From positions 1 through 55,361 of IMG/VR virus record IMGVR_UViG_3300036781_000204: DNA of 55,361 bases, one strand, 5' to 3'. Positions 8,952 through 18,983 of the stretch are shown here, piece after piece (positions within the stretch are counted from its first letter, which is position 1; the number at the start of each line of letters is the position of its first letter). Source of the stretch: a virus. Lineage: Duplodnaviria; Caudoviricetes. The notes below the pieces were generated by a model. It made no database searches. It had not been told where the DNA came from and saw nothing but the letters and a program-made list of their open reading frames with translations. Made by a program: the position numbers and the translations under genes.

Positions 8952-11249
8952 ATGAAATTTGAGGACGCCGCACTCGTGCAGTCAATGGGATGGCAGCTTC
9001 GATACGGCGACTGGTATCGCGGAAACAATCGGGCACGCATCAACTCTCTTTTCAATGGGGCTCCTCCATACAGCGAAAGTGAAGTGCAGGAGAACAACAT
9101 CTCTGTCAACGTAAACTTTCTGGAATCCACCAGCATCTCGCACGATGCGCGCTCCCAGTTCGCCAGCGCATTCCAGAAACCAGGGAATTACTTCCGCGCC
9201 TCGACTGACAGTGGTCCCGTTCACAAGCGCAACGAGCGAGGAACTATTGTCACGAAGGAGATCAACCGAATCATGAAGCGCTCTGTGGATTACTACGAGT
9301 GTTTTCGTTCCAAGTTCGCTCTTGATGTGCTCCACGGAATTGGTCCGGCCGCGTGGGAGAACAAGGATAATTGGTGCCCGCGCGATCTTGGTGTTGAAGA
9401 CCTGCTTGTCCCCTCCGACACGCTGCTTTCATTCCGAAACCTTCCGTTCTTCATCGTCCTGCGCGCGTTCACTGCTCCCGAGCTGATTAAGCTCACCCGC
9501 GGAGCGAAGCGCGATTCCGCCTGGAATATGTCGCTCGTGAACTCGTGCATCGAATGGGTGGATAAGGAATCCCAAACCTTGCTCGGCTCGAACTTTCCAG
9601 ATGTGTGGTCCCCGGAGAAAATGAACGAGCGCGTCAAGAGTGACGGTGGCTACTACATGGGCGACCGGGTTCCCACGATCAACGTGTTTGATTTTTACTA
9701 TTGGTCCGACGAAGGGAATGATGAGGGCTGGAGGCGACGAATGGTTTTGGATTGCTGGAGCGCGCCCGCTGGTATCAGTGGTCAACCGTCCATCAACACG
9801 GAAATGGATTTTGGAAGGGGTCAATTTCTCTACAACCCGAAGGACCGGAAAGTGGCCAGCGACCGCAGTGAGATTTTCAGTTGCCAGTTCGCCGACCTTT
9901 CCGCTGTCGCGCCATTCCGATACCACTCCGTTCGATCACTCGGGTTCCTGCTCTATTCCGCGTGCCATCTTCAAAACCGACTGCGATGTAAATTGAGCGA
10001 GGCCACGTTTGAGGCCCTGATGATGTATTTCCGGGTGAAGACGATGGACGACGTTCAACGTGCCCTGAAGGTGGACTTGGTGAATCAGGGGTTCATCGAC
10101 GACTCGATCTCTTTTGTTCCGGCTGCTGACCGATTCCAAGTCAACGCTGGATTGGTGGAGACGGTTATTGGTCAGAATGCCGACCTGATTGCAAAGCACT
10201 CCTCCTCATTTACCGCGCTCCCGCAGAGTCAGGGAGATCAGGAGAAGACAAAATTTCAAGTGATGGCGGAGACTCAGACGGCCACGGCACTGGTGTCCAT
10301 CGCACTCCAGCAGGCTTACACTTACCAGACGTTTGAGTATCGTGAAATCTTCCGACGATTCTGCAAAGACAAATCCAGCGACCCTGACGTGCTGCGATTC
10401 CAGGCCGCGTGTTTACGGCAGGGGGTTCCCAAAAGTTCACTCACCGCCGAGGCGTGGGAAATTGAACCTGAGCGCGTGATGGGCGCGGGCAACAAGACTC
10501 TCGAGATGGCCATCGCTCAACAGCTCATGCAATATCGCCAACTCTATGACCCCGAGCCTCAGCGCGACATCTTGCGCGACGTTACGCTCGCGATCACGGA
10601 CGACCCGGCGCGCGCCAACGCACTCGTACCCGAGAAACCAGTGTCCATCACCGACACGGTTCACGACGCTCAGATTTCGGCCGGCACACTCATGCAGGGA
10701 TTACCCATCGCTGTCAAAACCGGAATCAACCACATCGAATGGGTGGACACGCTCATGGCGACGATGGCTTCGATCATCCAGAAGACTGGCGAGAATGCCG
10801 ACATCAAAACGATCACTGGGTTGCAGAACATGGCCCAGAACATTTCGCAGCACATTCAAATTGTTGCTCAGGACCCCGAGGAAAAACAGCGCGTCAAAGT
10901 CTGGGGCGATCAGTTGGGCAAGATGATGAACCTCGTGAAGGCCATGATGCAGCGACTCCAGGATCAGATGAAGCAGCAGCAGGCCCAAGGCCCTCAGATG
11001 GACCCGAAGGACCAAGCCAAGATTCAAGGCCAAGTTCTCATGTCCCAGACGAAAGCCCAGCTCACGAAAGAGAGCCACGCCCAGCGCACTGCCCAGCGTC
11101 AAATCCAGTTCGAGATGACTCAGAAGCAGAAAGAGGAGCAGCATCAGCTTAACATGCAGATCGAAGCCCAGCGTGCCGGATTGGAACTTACTTCCGACCG
11201 GCTAAAGATGATCGCCAATCACAACGGGAAAAAAGAGTCGCAGGAATGA
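8952..11249 (+). CDS. Portal protein
   Basis: ~765 aa, helical, Q-rich coiled-coil C-terminus like P22-type portals; lies upstream of scaffold and capsid genes. Confidence 0.7.
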   Translation: MKFEDAALVQSMGWQLRYGDWYRGNNRARINSLFNGAPPYSESEVQENNISVNVNFLESTSISHDARSQFASAFQKPGNYFRASTDSGPVHKRNERGTIVTKEINRIMKRSVDYYECFRSKFALDVLHGIGPAAWENKDNWCPRDLGVEDLLVPSDTLLSFRNLPFFIVLRAFTAPELIKLTRGAKRDSAWNMSLVNSCIEWVDKESQTLLGSNFPDVWSPEKMNERVKSDGGYYMGDRVPTINVFDFYYWSDEGNDEGWRRRMVLDCWSAPAGISGQPSINTEMDFGRGQFLYNPKDRKVASDRSEIFSCQFADLSAVAPFRYHSVRSLGFLLYSACHLQNRLRCKLSEATFEALMMYFRVKTMDDVQRALKVDLVNQGFIDDSISFVPAADRFQVNAGLVETVIGQNADLIAKHSSSFTALPQSQGDQEKTKFQVMAETQTATALVSIALQQAYTYQTFEYREIFRRFCKDKSSDPDVLRFQAACLRQGVPKSSLTAEAWEIEPERVMGAGNKTLEMAIAQQLMQYRQLYDPEPQRDILRDVTLAITDDPARANALVPEKPVSITDTVHDAQISAGTLMQGLPIAVKTGINHIEWVDTLMATMASIIQKTGENADIKTITGLQNMAQNISQHIQIVAQDPEEKQRVKVWGDQLGKMMNLVKAMMQRLQDQMKQQQAQGPQMDPKDQAKIQGQVLMSQTKAQLTKESHAQRTAQRQIQFEMTQKQKEEQHQLNMQIEAQRAGLELTSDRLKMIANHNGKKESQE

Positions 11250-11393
11250 AATGCCCGAAGAAGCAGTCGATTACGAAGTCGCCGACGGACTTCCCGAAGA
11301 TGCCCAGGAAGACGATTGAACTCGTTTTTACTCCGGACGCGCTGCGCCGTGTGATGAAGGAGTCCATCGAAAAACGCACCACTAAAATCCATC

Positions 11394-12677
11394 ATGAAAG
11401 ACACTGAGGATATTGTTGCGTGCGTTGTGGATCACGGCCTTTTCCTGCCCATCGCTCAGAAATTGGCCGAGCAATACAAGCAGGTTTTTTACTGGTCGCC
11501 CCACGAGCGAATGATGCCCCGGCTGGAGGAGGGAGTGATTGGAGACGGGTTCAGGAATCTCACCAAGGTAAACGACATTTGGAGAATTAAGAGCCAGTGC
11601 GACCTTTTTGTTTTTCCTGACGTTGGATTTTCCGGTCTGCAAAACGAATTGATCTCTCAAGGGTTTCCGGTTTGGGGCCATCACGGAGGAGATGTTATCG
11701 AGACCAACCGTGGATTATTTCTCGAGACCCTGGATGAAGTGGGAATGGAAGTTCCGGGCTATGAAGTCATACAGGGTATGACCAATCTACAGAGCCACCT
11801 TCGCGATCAGAAGGACAAATGGATTAAAATCTCAAAGTGGCGCGGAGATTGGGAAACGCTGCACTGGCGGGACTGGTCTCACGACGAATCAACTCTGGAC
11901 TGTTACGCCTACCAGCTCGGGCCGATGAAGGAGATGATTAAATTTTACGTCTTCGATTCTATAGACACCGACATCGAGGACGGCATCGACACTTATTGTA
12001 TCGACGGAAAATTTCCATCGGTGGTAATGCATGGGATGGAGTGCAAGGACAAATCCTACCTGTGCTCGATTCAGTCGCTTGAGGATGTGGATGAGCGCGT
12101 GAGCGTCGTGACTGAAAAGTTTGGTCCGGTCCTTGGCCGTTACGGATACCGCGGATTCTTTTCGTGCGAGGTGAGAATTAAGGACGACAAAAGTTTCTTC
12201 ATCGACCCGACATGCCGCGCCGCCTCCCCTCCTTCTCAGGTGATGACCGAGCTGTTTGGAAATTTGGGTGAGATTATCTGGCATGGTGCCAACGGAGAAT
12301 GTGTTGACCCGGAGCCCGCTGCTCAGTTTGGAGTCCAAGCCTTGCTCACCATTGACCGCCAGAAGAACGAGTGGGAAGTGATGGACGTTCCAGACTCGAT
12401 TCGTCAATGGGTGAAGTGTGGATTCGCGTGCGAGATCGACGGCCGAATTTGCATTCCACCGCACCAATGCGAGAACATGGTGGGGTGGCTGGTGGCGACC
12501 GGAGACTCCATTGGGGGGGCTATCGACAACCTGAAAGATCACTGTGGAGAATTGCCTGATGGTGTAAACTGCGACGTGGACTCTCTGGCAAAATTGCTCG
12601 ACGAAGCGCAGAAGGCTGAGGGCGAAGGCATTGAATTAACCGACGATAAAATCCCCGAACCATCATCTGTATTATGA
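11394..12677 (+). CDS. ATP-grasp ligase (PurD-like fold)
   Basis: 'GFPVWG...IETNR..F...VGM.VP', 'WIKIS', 'YRGFFSCEVRI...FFIDPTCR' ATP-grasp pattern. Confidence 0.75.
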   Translation: MKDTEDIVACVVDHGLFLPIAQKLAEQYKQVFYWSPHERMMPRLEEGVIGDGFRNLTKVNDIWRIKSQCDLFVFPDVGFSGLQNELISQGFPVWGHHGGDVIETNRGLFLETLDEVGMEVPGYEVIQGMTNLQSHLRDQKDKWIKISKWRGDWETLHWRDWSHDESTLDCYAYQLGPMKEMIKFYVFDSIDTDIEDGIDTYCIDGKFPSVVMHGMECKDKSYLCSIQSLEDVDERVSVVTEKFGPVLGRYGYRGFFSCEVRIKDDKSFFIDPTCRAASPPSQVMTELFGNLGEIIWHGANGECVDPEPAAQFGVQALLTIDRQKNEWEVMDVPDSIRQWVKCGFACEIDGRICIPPHQCENMVGWLVATGDSIGGAIDNLKDHCGELPDGVNCDVDSLAKLLDEAQKAEGEGIELTDDKIPEPSSVL

Positions 12678-12832
12678 GCTGCATGTCAAAAGGAAGCGGA
12701 ACTGTGGGTCAGTCATTGGTGAATCAAACCCCAGTGTTTGACAACGGCCATCGCTCCCGCAAGACCGTTCACTCTCGTAAGGCTGGCGTGATGCGCCCCA
12801 CCAAGAAACATAGAAAGGAAAAATTCCTATGA
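12674..12832 (+). CDS. Small basic hypothetical protein (52 aa; absent from the ORF track)
   Basis: MSCMSKGSG...RPTKKHRKEKFL, ATGA overlaps on both sides. Confidence 0.45.
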   Translation: MSCMSKGSGTVGQSLVNQTPVFDNGHRSRKTVHSRKAGVMRPTKKHRKEKFL

Positions 12833-13014
12833 GCCCGACCGACGAACCCTCATTCCCGCAATACCAACCGCCAGCTTCCGGAATCCCGGTATTCTCTCAC
12901 CCAAAGCAGCAGGCCCCGCTGATGAAGGTGATGAACAAAATGCTGAAGATGCCGAAGAAAAAAGTGTTGCAAAGGCGAAACAGAGTGGTTAGAAAGAAAT
13001 ACACAATCGTTTAA
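12829..13014 (+). CDS. Small basic hypothetical protein
   Basis: K/R-rich C-terminus; AAAGGA upstream. Confidence 0.5.
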   Translation: MSPTDEPSFPQYQPPASGIPVFSHPKQQAPLMKVMNKMLKMPKKKVLQRRNRVVRKKYTIV

Positions 13015-13016
13015 CT

Positions 13017-13337
13017 ATGGAATCAAAACCAACGGCCCCTCCTGTCGCGCGTCTCAACCCCAATGCCAGCCCAAAGGCTCGGTTCATTGCAAACCCACGA
13101 ACCGTATCCGATCACCGGCAGATGGTGGATTTGGATGCTTTCAATCGAGGCTGTGACGCCGCGCTGCTCCAGTATGGATTGCTCCTGACTGAGCAATGCA
13201 AGGACGGTCAGACCGCGATGGCAAACGGCTTCAGGGTTCAGGGAGCGAATGAAATTATCGCCATCTTGAAAACCATTTCTGAATCCAGCCCGGTCACTCC
13301 CCGCCGCGCCACCGATAACCTCGACCACTCGCAATAA
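13017..13337 (+). CDS. Hypothetical protein (head module)
   Basis: Lies between portal and scaffold genes. Confidence 0.6.
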   Translation: MESKPTAPPVARLNPNASPKARFIANPRTVSDHRQMVDLDAFNRGCDAALLQYGLLLTEQCKDGQTAMANGFRVQGANEIIAILKTISESSPVTPRRATDNLDHSQ

Positions 13338-13549
13338 TGGGGCGCGCCAAAAAACGTGGGACGATGGAGGAGAGAATTGAGTGGGCTCAGGCTCGGAATC
13401 ATGAGCTGTCCCACGCCATAAAATCCGGCTCGCCATCCCACTTGTTTGAGATCGCCCACGGAACCCAGCAGCTCGCCACGAAATTAACCGCAGCCGGAGC
13501 ACTCCCAATCCCAATATCGAAAGACTTTTATGCCAGCACCAATCATTGA
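13337..13549 (+). CDS. Hypothetical protein
   Basis: 'MGRAKKRGT.EER' N-terminus; TAATG coupling to the upstream gene. Confidence 0.5.
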   Translation: MGRAKKRGTMEERIEWAQARNHELSHAIKSGSPSHLFEIAHGTQQLATKLTAAGALPIPISKDFYASTNH

Positions 13550-14840
13550 ACCAGCGGCGCCAGCCGCAACAGCCGCAGCTCCCGGAAGACCAAGCGCCGC
13601 CCCAGCTTCATCTGGAGTAATCAACGTCACTGCTTCATCGGTAACTCCGGTGCGGCCAGCCGAGGTTCCACAAGAGGGCTCTGCGAAGGCCAATCTTTTC
13701 ACAGAGCTCGGAAAGAAAGCGAAACCAACCAATGCTCCACGCGAACCGAAACCAGAACCGCCGGCAAAGCCAGCCGAGGCTGCCACAGCAAAACCTGCGG
13801 AGACACCCGAACCCGCCGCCGCAGCCGCCGCTGAACCCGGTGCTCCCGTGGAGGCTGGCAAACCTGCTGAAGGAAAGGATTCAAAAGGCCGCGTAAGTCC
13901 ATGGAAATTGGTGGACGAATACAAAGGAAAACTAGCGGCTGCTGAAAAGGAAGTCGCCGAGGCTCGCGCCGCTGTTATGCCGGAAGCTGATCGCCGAAAA
14001 TACGACGAACGAATCGCCAAGTCTGAAGCGCGCCAAAAGGAACTTGAGAGCCACATGGCCTATGTGGACTATTCCAAGACTGATGAATTCCAAACCAAGT
14101 TTGTCGCACCCTATAACAAGGCATGGGAAAAAGCCATCGGTGAACTAAAGGAGATCACGGTCGTTGACCCCGCCTCCCAGACCGAGCGCGCGGTTACTGC
14201 TCAGGACATGCTCGATCTCGTGAATCTTCCACTGGGCAAGGCACGAGCGATGGCGAATGAAGTCTTCGGAGAATTTGCCGACGACGTGATGAACCACCGA
14301 AAGTCTATCAAGGACCTGTTCTATGCCCAGCAGGGCGCATTGGAGGACGCGAAGAAGAACGGAGTTGAGCGTGTCAAGCAGGCTCAGGAGGAAAATTCCA
14401 GAAAGGCCACGGATATGCAGCGCACAGTCAATGAGACTTGGGAAAAAGAGAACAAAGCTGTTCTCGAGGACCCGACTCATGGACCGCTGTTTAAGCCACG
14501 CGAAGGTGATGAAGTTTGGAATCAACGTCTCTCGAAAGGATTTGAACTTGTTGATCGCGCGTTCAAGGAAAGCCCGCTGGACCCGAAGCTGACCCCCGAG
14601 CAACGTCAGGCCGTTATCCGCCGCCACGCTGCTGTCCGTAATCGTGCTGCATCATGGGGAGCCATCCGTGCCGAGAATGATTCTCTCAAGGTAAAGATGA
14701 CTGCTCTGGAAAAAGAGCTCGCCGAATACAAAGGTAGCGAGCCTGGAACAGCCGGAGGAAAGCCCGGAGCCCTCGGCGCCCTCGCTGTTGGAAACGCCAA
14801 AGATCAAATGTTTGGAGCGCTTCGTAAAATAGCGAAGTAA
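13530..14840 (+). CDS. Capsid scaffolding protein (putative)
   Basis: P/A/E-rich disordered N-terminus plus long coiled coils; upstream of the capsid gene. Confidence 0.65.
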   Translation: MPAPIIEPAAPAATAAAPGRPSAAPASSGVINVTASSVTPVRPAEVPQEGSAKANLFTELGKKAKPTNAPREPKPEPPAKPAEAATAKPAETPEPAAAAAAEPGAPVEAGKPAEGKDSKGRVSPWKLVDEYKGKLAAAEKEVAEARAAVMPEADRRKYDERIAKSEARQKELESHMAYVDYSKTDEFQTKFVAPYNKAWEKAIGELKEITVVDPASQTERAVTAQDMLDLVNLPLGKARAMANEVFGEFADDVMNHRKSIKDLFYAQQGALEDAKKNGVERVKQAQEENSRKATDMQRTVNETWEKENKAVLEDPTHGPLFKPREGDEVWNQRLSKGFELVDRAFKESPLDPKLTPEQRQAVIRRHAAVRNRAASWGAIRAENDSLKVKMTALEKELAEYKGSEPGTAGGKPGALGALAVGNAKDQMFGALRKIAK

Positions 14841-14846
14841 TGTCCC

Positions 14847-15122
14847 ATGTGTGCCACCATAAAAGAATTCGTGTGCGACTGCGGTAATCCCGCGGTTCGC
14901 AAGAAGAACAGTTTCCCAATTTGCCAGAGGTGCCTGGACATCGAAAGCAAGCTGGGAATTCGGGCTAACGCAAGATCAGGACTGGCAGAGAAGAAGCTGC
15001 CTATATGCTCCCACATTCGATGGGAGACTCGAATCGTTGAGGTGCCAATTCAGGTGGGGGCGTCTCTGGAAATTTTAGATATATGGCTTCGAGATTTGAC
15101 ACTTCTCCGGGAAGTGGTTTAA
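14847..15122 (+). CDS. Small Zn-finger-like hypothetical protein
   Basis: CxCG...CxxC. Confidence 0.45.
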   Translation: MCATIKEFVCDCGNPAVRKKNSFPICQRCLDIESKLGIRANARSGLAEKKLPICSHIRWETRIVEVPIQVGASLEILDIWLRDLTLLREVV

Positions 15123-15153
15123 TAAAAACTTGTCGGGTCCCTTGGTGGTTTAG

Positions 15154-15196
15154 TCCCGTCGTGAGTTTATCCATTCTCGCGGCGGGATTTTTATTT
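15154..15196 (+). terminator. Intrinsic terminator
   Basis: TCCCGTCGTGAG/CTCGCGGCGGGA stem followed by TTTTTATTT. Confidence 0.7.
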
Positions 15197-15197
15197 G

Positions 15198-15227
15198 TTG
15201 ACTTCCCCTGCTGAACGGGAGTAGAAC
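15198..15227 (+). promoter_or_regulatory. Putative capsid-gene promoter
   Basis: TTGACT-N18-TAGAAC immediately after the terminator. Confidence 0.45.
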
Positions 15228-15402
15228 CCCCATCAGTTTTGTTAGTCGCTCGTTTCTAAAAACAACGACTCTCGGCATAAGTGGGCACCGGAAGCCCGAA
15301 GCTACTCGCCGACTTCAAGAAATTCCAACGATAGAAAACTCATGTTTGCGTGTGCATCCATGCTCTTTTTCTGAACCGAAAACAAATTGAATTTTTTGAA
15401 TT

Positions 15403-16926
15403 ATGGCATGTCCCCCATCCGGCATTGTAGCCGCCTGCGATATTCCGCAGTTTCTCGTCGATCAAACCCCGCGCTTTGATGAAATCATCATGCAGGACAT
15501 CCGGCCCACTGATGGCTGGCTGTATAACGTAACCACCGGCACGACCGAGATGGGAACCCCCGTCGAAGTCACGCAGGACCGTTTCCGAAGTGTGTTCCCG
15601 AACACCACTAAACCGTGGACTCGGAAGACCGCAAACGGCCCCGGCTGTGTGGGAACTCCTTGCGATATGACTGAGCATCAGATCGGTTGGGGTGCTGACC
15701 GGCTCACATGGTATGCTGAACAGCAATACTGGAACACACCGCTGTTCTGCTATGACCAGGACATGCACATCACCGCGGCGCAGGAGCACATCAGCCAGAT
15801 CATCTCCAAAATCCTAAAGCCCGCTACGACCGCGATCTCGAGCAACTTCCTACGCAAACGCCATCTTCTCTGGTCCTACAAAAAGAACGTGGCCAACAAA
15901 AATTGCGGCTACCTCAACACCGACGGCGAGTTCACCTACCAGTGGAATCTCGATGCCAACGGCGACGAGTCGTATTTCGACTGCTCGATCAGCCCGACCC
16001 GCGTGTTCAAGCTGGTGCCTCAGATGCTCCAGAACCGTTTCAATGACCTGATGCTGATCGGCTATGCCGGTGAGAATCCGTTCAAGGAAACCTCCCCGTT
16101 CATCGAACTCTGCACCGACGTTGACACATGCTGGAGCCTGGACCATCTCGGTGGTCAGCAAGGTGTAGGCGGAGCGGACAATCCAAATGTGCTGGGCAAC
16201 TGGCGCTTTGAGCAGTTCGGCGAGAGCACGAAATACTGGCGCTACGGGTTCTCCGGCCAGATCGGTAACTTCATGACCCGCGTGGACCCGATGGGCCTCC
16301 GGTTCAATTTCATGTCCGACCTTGGTGCCAACGCCAATGGCGGAAATGGAAACCGTTACCGCTATCAGGTCGTTCTCCCCTACGTGAACCAGATCACGAC
16401 TGGCGCGGGCGGCGCAGCCGGACTCGGAAGCATCCCCAATCCGGACTTCTTCAAGGCCCAATACGCGATCAGCCAAATCCATCACAAAATGGGTATGGAG
16501 CTGCTCGTGCCTGACGCGCGACCGCTCAATCCTGAAATGCCGTTCGGCCACCGCGACTTTGGTGGCAAGTGGCAGTTCGTGATGGACAACCTTGGAGCCG
16601 ACCAAAACGGCGTGGTTATCAACAATAAGCGACGCAACAAGGGTCAGTTCATCGCCGACTTCAATTATTATGTGCGTCCGCTGCACTACGAGTTTTTGGA
16701 AGTGTTCTTCCACAAACGCGAGCAGTTCTGCGTTCCTGAAATTGACGTGTGCAGCAACCCGACCGGATACCCGGCCCAGAACTACAACAGCACACTCCCG
16801 AGCTGCCCGTTGCCGGCTGACTTCGCGGGATTGTATCCTGGAGGTGGAGTGCCGACTGGTCCCCAGGACGGACCCATTCCTCCGGAAAATAATCCGAATC
16901 CGGGCGACCCGCATCTGGACCAATAA
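15403..16926 (+). CDS. Major capsid protein (putative)
   Basis: 507 aa, follows the scaffold, has its own promoter and a downstream hairpin, codon usage strongly C-ending. Confidence 0.7.
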   Translation: MACPPSGIVAACDIPQFLVDQTPRFDEIIMQDIRPTDGWLYNVTTGTTEMGTPVEVTQDRFRSVFPNTTKPWTRKTANGPGCVGTPCDMTEHQIGWGADRLTWYAEQQYWNTPLFCYDQDMHITAAQEHISQIISKILKPATTAISSNFLRKRHLLWSYKKNVANKNCGYLNTDGEFTYQWNLDANGDESYFDCSISPTRVFKLVPQMLQNRFNDLMLIGYAGENPFKETSPFIELCTDVDTCWSLDHLGGQQGVGGADNPNVLGNWRFEQFGESTKYWRYGFSGQIGNFMTRVDPMGLRFNFMSDLGANANGGNGNRYRYQVVLPYVNQITTGAGGAAGLGSIPNPDFFKAQYAISQIHHKMGMELLVPDARPLNPEMPFGHRDFGGKWQFVMDNLGADQNGVVINNKRRNKGQFIADFNYYVRPLHYEFLEVFFHKREQFCVPEIDVCSNPTGYPAQNYNSTLPSCPLPADFAGLYPGGGVPTGPQDGPIPPENNPNPGDPHLDQ

Positions 16927-16949
16927 TCCGGATGGTGATTGATTAAACT

Positions 16950-16980
16950 CACCCGCAGGGGGTAAAAACTCCTGCGGGTG
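16950..16980 (+). terminator. Stem-loop after the capsid gene
   Basis: CACCCGCAGG...CCTGCGGGTG inverted repeat. Confidence 0.6.
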
Positions 16981-17027
16981 AAACACCGAATAACAATCAA
17001 CTGGCTCGAATCGGGGCCTGCCATACC

Positions 17028-17303
17028 ATGCAAGATAGTGAAGATCTTTACGGAGAAACTCCAACCGCGCCTGAATCGCCCGCAAGTGATGGCGATGGAA
17101 AGGGCGCTGACGATCAAAAGACATTCGTTGTGCCAGAAGAAGTCTGTCCCGGAATGAAGCCCGGAGACCAGATGCAAGCGCGAGTTCTGAGGGTGAATGA
17201 GGGCAGTTACGAAATGTCCTACGAACCCTCAGAAAAGGAAGAAACACCGCCGGCTGAGGAACCAGCTCCCGACGAGGGAAGTATGGCCTCAATGATGCAG
17301 TGA
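17028..17303 (+). CDS. Acidic hypothetical protein
   Basis: ORF directly after the capsid gene, coupled to the next ORF. Confidence 0.6.
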   Translation: MQDSEDLYGETPTAPESPASDGDGKGADDQKTFVVPEEVCPGMKPGDQMQARVLRVNEGSYEMSYEPSEKEETPPAEEPAPDEGSMASMMQ

Positions 17304-17638
17304 GCGCGGAACAAACTATCGACTCTGCTAAATGCCTGCTCTGTTTCGGCGCCATGAATCTTGGTGACGCGATGGAGTTGGCACTGCTGGGTCAGATTGC
17401 AAATATGACCGACCCGAAAACTCTGATTACTGAAGGCCACTGTTACGTCTGTTATGGTGCCAGCACTGCACAGGTGTTAAAGCTGGCGTTGCTCGCGCGC
17501 ATCTCAAAGAATCACAACTCAGCCAATAAAACCGACCCCGACAGTCTCATCGCCCAGGGGCAGTGTCTCGAATGCTTTGGGATGGTGAGCATCCCGAAAC
17601 TGATGGAGCTGGTTCTGTTTTCCCAAATCGCATCATGA
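17300..17638 (+). CDS. CxxC-repeat protein (3 repeats)
   Basis: AKCLLCFG / GHCYVCYG / GQCLECFG, each followed by L.LL.(Q/R)I. Confidence 0.7.
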   Translation: MSAEQTIDSAKCLLCFGAMNLGDAMELALLGQIANMTDPKTLITEGHCYVCYGASTAQVLKLALLARISKNHNSANKTDPDSLIAQGQCLECFGMVSIPKLMELVLFSQIAS

Positions 17639-17874
17639 CCGACCCACAAACATTGCTGGCCAATGCGAAGTGTTACATCTGCCTTGGGGTAAGTCTTTAC
17701 GAGGCTCTCCAGTTGGCCCTGCTTGACCAGATCGCCAGCGGTGGCACCAGCAGTGCGGGCGGCATCACTTCTGGAATCGGCGCACCCACTCTCGCACCAA
17801 CAACCTCCCCGGCAATCTATTTCGATGAAAACACTGGCACGCAATATAATTACTACGCTGGCGCTTGGCATTAG
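17635..17874 (+). CDS. CxxC-repeat protein (1 repeat plus fibre-like tail)
   Basis: MTDPQTLLANAKCYICLG...LALLDQIA, then 'GAPT...IYFD...YAGAW'. Confidence 0.65.
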   Translation: MTDPQTLLANAKCYICLGVSLYEALQLALLDQIASGGTSSAGGITSGIGAPTLAPTTSPAIYFDENTGTQYNYYAGAWH

Positions 17875-18982
17875 CCTCGCACTCAGCTTCCCCATCAACG
17901 CCGCCACAGTCGCGAACAGCTTTGTAACGAATGCTGATCTCACGGCTAAGTCTTTGGTGGTGACTGTTCCTGGGGCCGGGACGAACTCTGTAAACAATCT
18001 TTTTAATGTAGTTATTCCCGGACCTATAAAGTTGTTCATCCTGGGAGACTCGAAAAGTCTCATAACGAACGGTGCCGGGGTGAGCAATCAGTGGCCTATC
18101 GTGTTCACTAACATACCCTATTGGCGTAGCAATCTGGTTTCCGTTACGAATTTTTCAGCGAGTGGGTTCACGTTCACTGACATCTCAAATAAATATACCT
18201 CCGTCATCTCATTGCTGGCCGCGCCGGGAACAGGGACCAACAACCTTATTATTATTCGAGATGGGGCGAACGACTTTCCAACCAATCCACTGGTGTCATC
18301 GTGGATTGCGAACTATTCCAATCTGCTTAATGACATCCAAGGAAGGGCGAATTGCTATTCGTGTGTGTGGGATATTCAGCCGCGCACCGACTGGCCTGAC
18401 ACAACTGCCACCAATCGAAACGCGATGAATCAGGCGTTGCGTAGGCTCACCAACTGGAATTATTTCGTGAAGTCAGAAAAGTTGGTTCCCAACGCCACTG
18501 CGACCGACCTGTTTCGCGATGGCATCCACGCAAATACCAACGGCGCGTGCGCGGAGGCGATGATTTGCGATTACGCGATACGTCTTGGTCCGCAGCATTT
18601 TTACGACGAACCACGGAGTTGGAGCGAGGCTCAATCATTGTATGGAATTCAGCCACAGGTTATAAATGTGGCTGCGTGGGCATTCAACACCACGTTTGTA
18701 AACACAAATTCATCTCCAATTTTTGTCAGAGCGAATTATCAAATTATAAGTGCCGCAGTTAATGGAGCGGCGACCCTTGCTGCGTATGTGAGTGGTGCAA
18801 ATGTGGCTTTGCGGGGGTATAACACAACCGTCTCCATACCTGCGGAGGCGGCAAATTATGGGGACATTACATGGCTGGTTCCCCCATTTTCTAATTTCGC
18901 ACTCACTAACACTTCCACCGGGGCAGGAAATTCAGTCACGTTGTTTGGTGGGCAGATACTCATATTGGGAAAAGTAAATTGA
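17825..18982 (+). CDS. SGNH/GDSL hydrolase with signal-peptide-like N-terminus
   Basis: Blocks 'ILGDS', 'SASG', 'GAND', 'DGIH'; hydrophobic N-terminus MKTLARNIITTLALGISLALS. Confidence 0.8.
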   Translation: MKTLARNIITTLALGISLALSFPINAATVANSFVTNADLTAKSLVVTVPGAGTNSVNNLFNVVIPGPIKLFILGDSKSLITNGAGVSNQWPIVFTNIPYWRSNLVSVTNFSASGFTFTDISNKYTSVISLLAAPGTGTNNLIIIRDGANDFPTNPLVSSWIANYSNLLNDIQGRANCYSCVWDIQPRTDWPDTTATNRNAMNQALRRLTNWNYFVKSEKLVPNATATDLFRDGIHANTNGACAEAMICDYAIRLGPQHFYDEPRSWSEAQSLYGIQPQVINVAAWAFNTTFVNTNSSPIFVRANYQIISAAVNGAATLAAYVSGANVALRGYNTTVSIPAEAANYGDITWLVPPFSNFALTNTSTGAGNSVTLFGGQILILGKVN

Positions 18983-18983
18983 C

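Noticed and set aside
15123-15402. tRNA or other RNA gene in the intergenic gap before the capsid gene
   Set aside because: No cloverleaf or T-loop motif is visible; the gap is explained by a terminator, a promoter and a leader.
15850-17355. 501-aa minus-strand ORF
   Set aside because: Antisense shadow of the capsid gene with no recognisable motifs.
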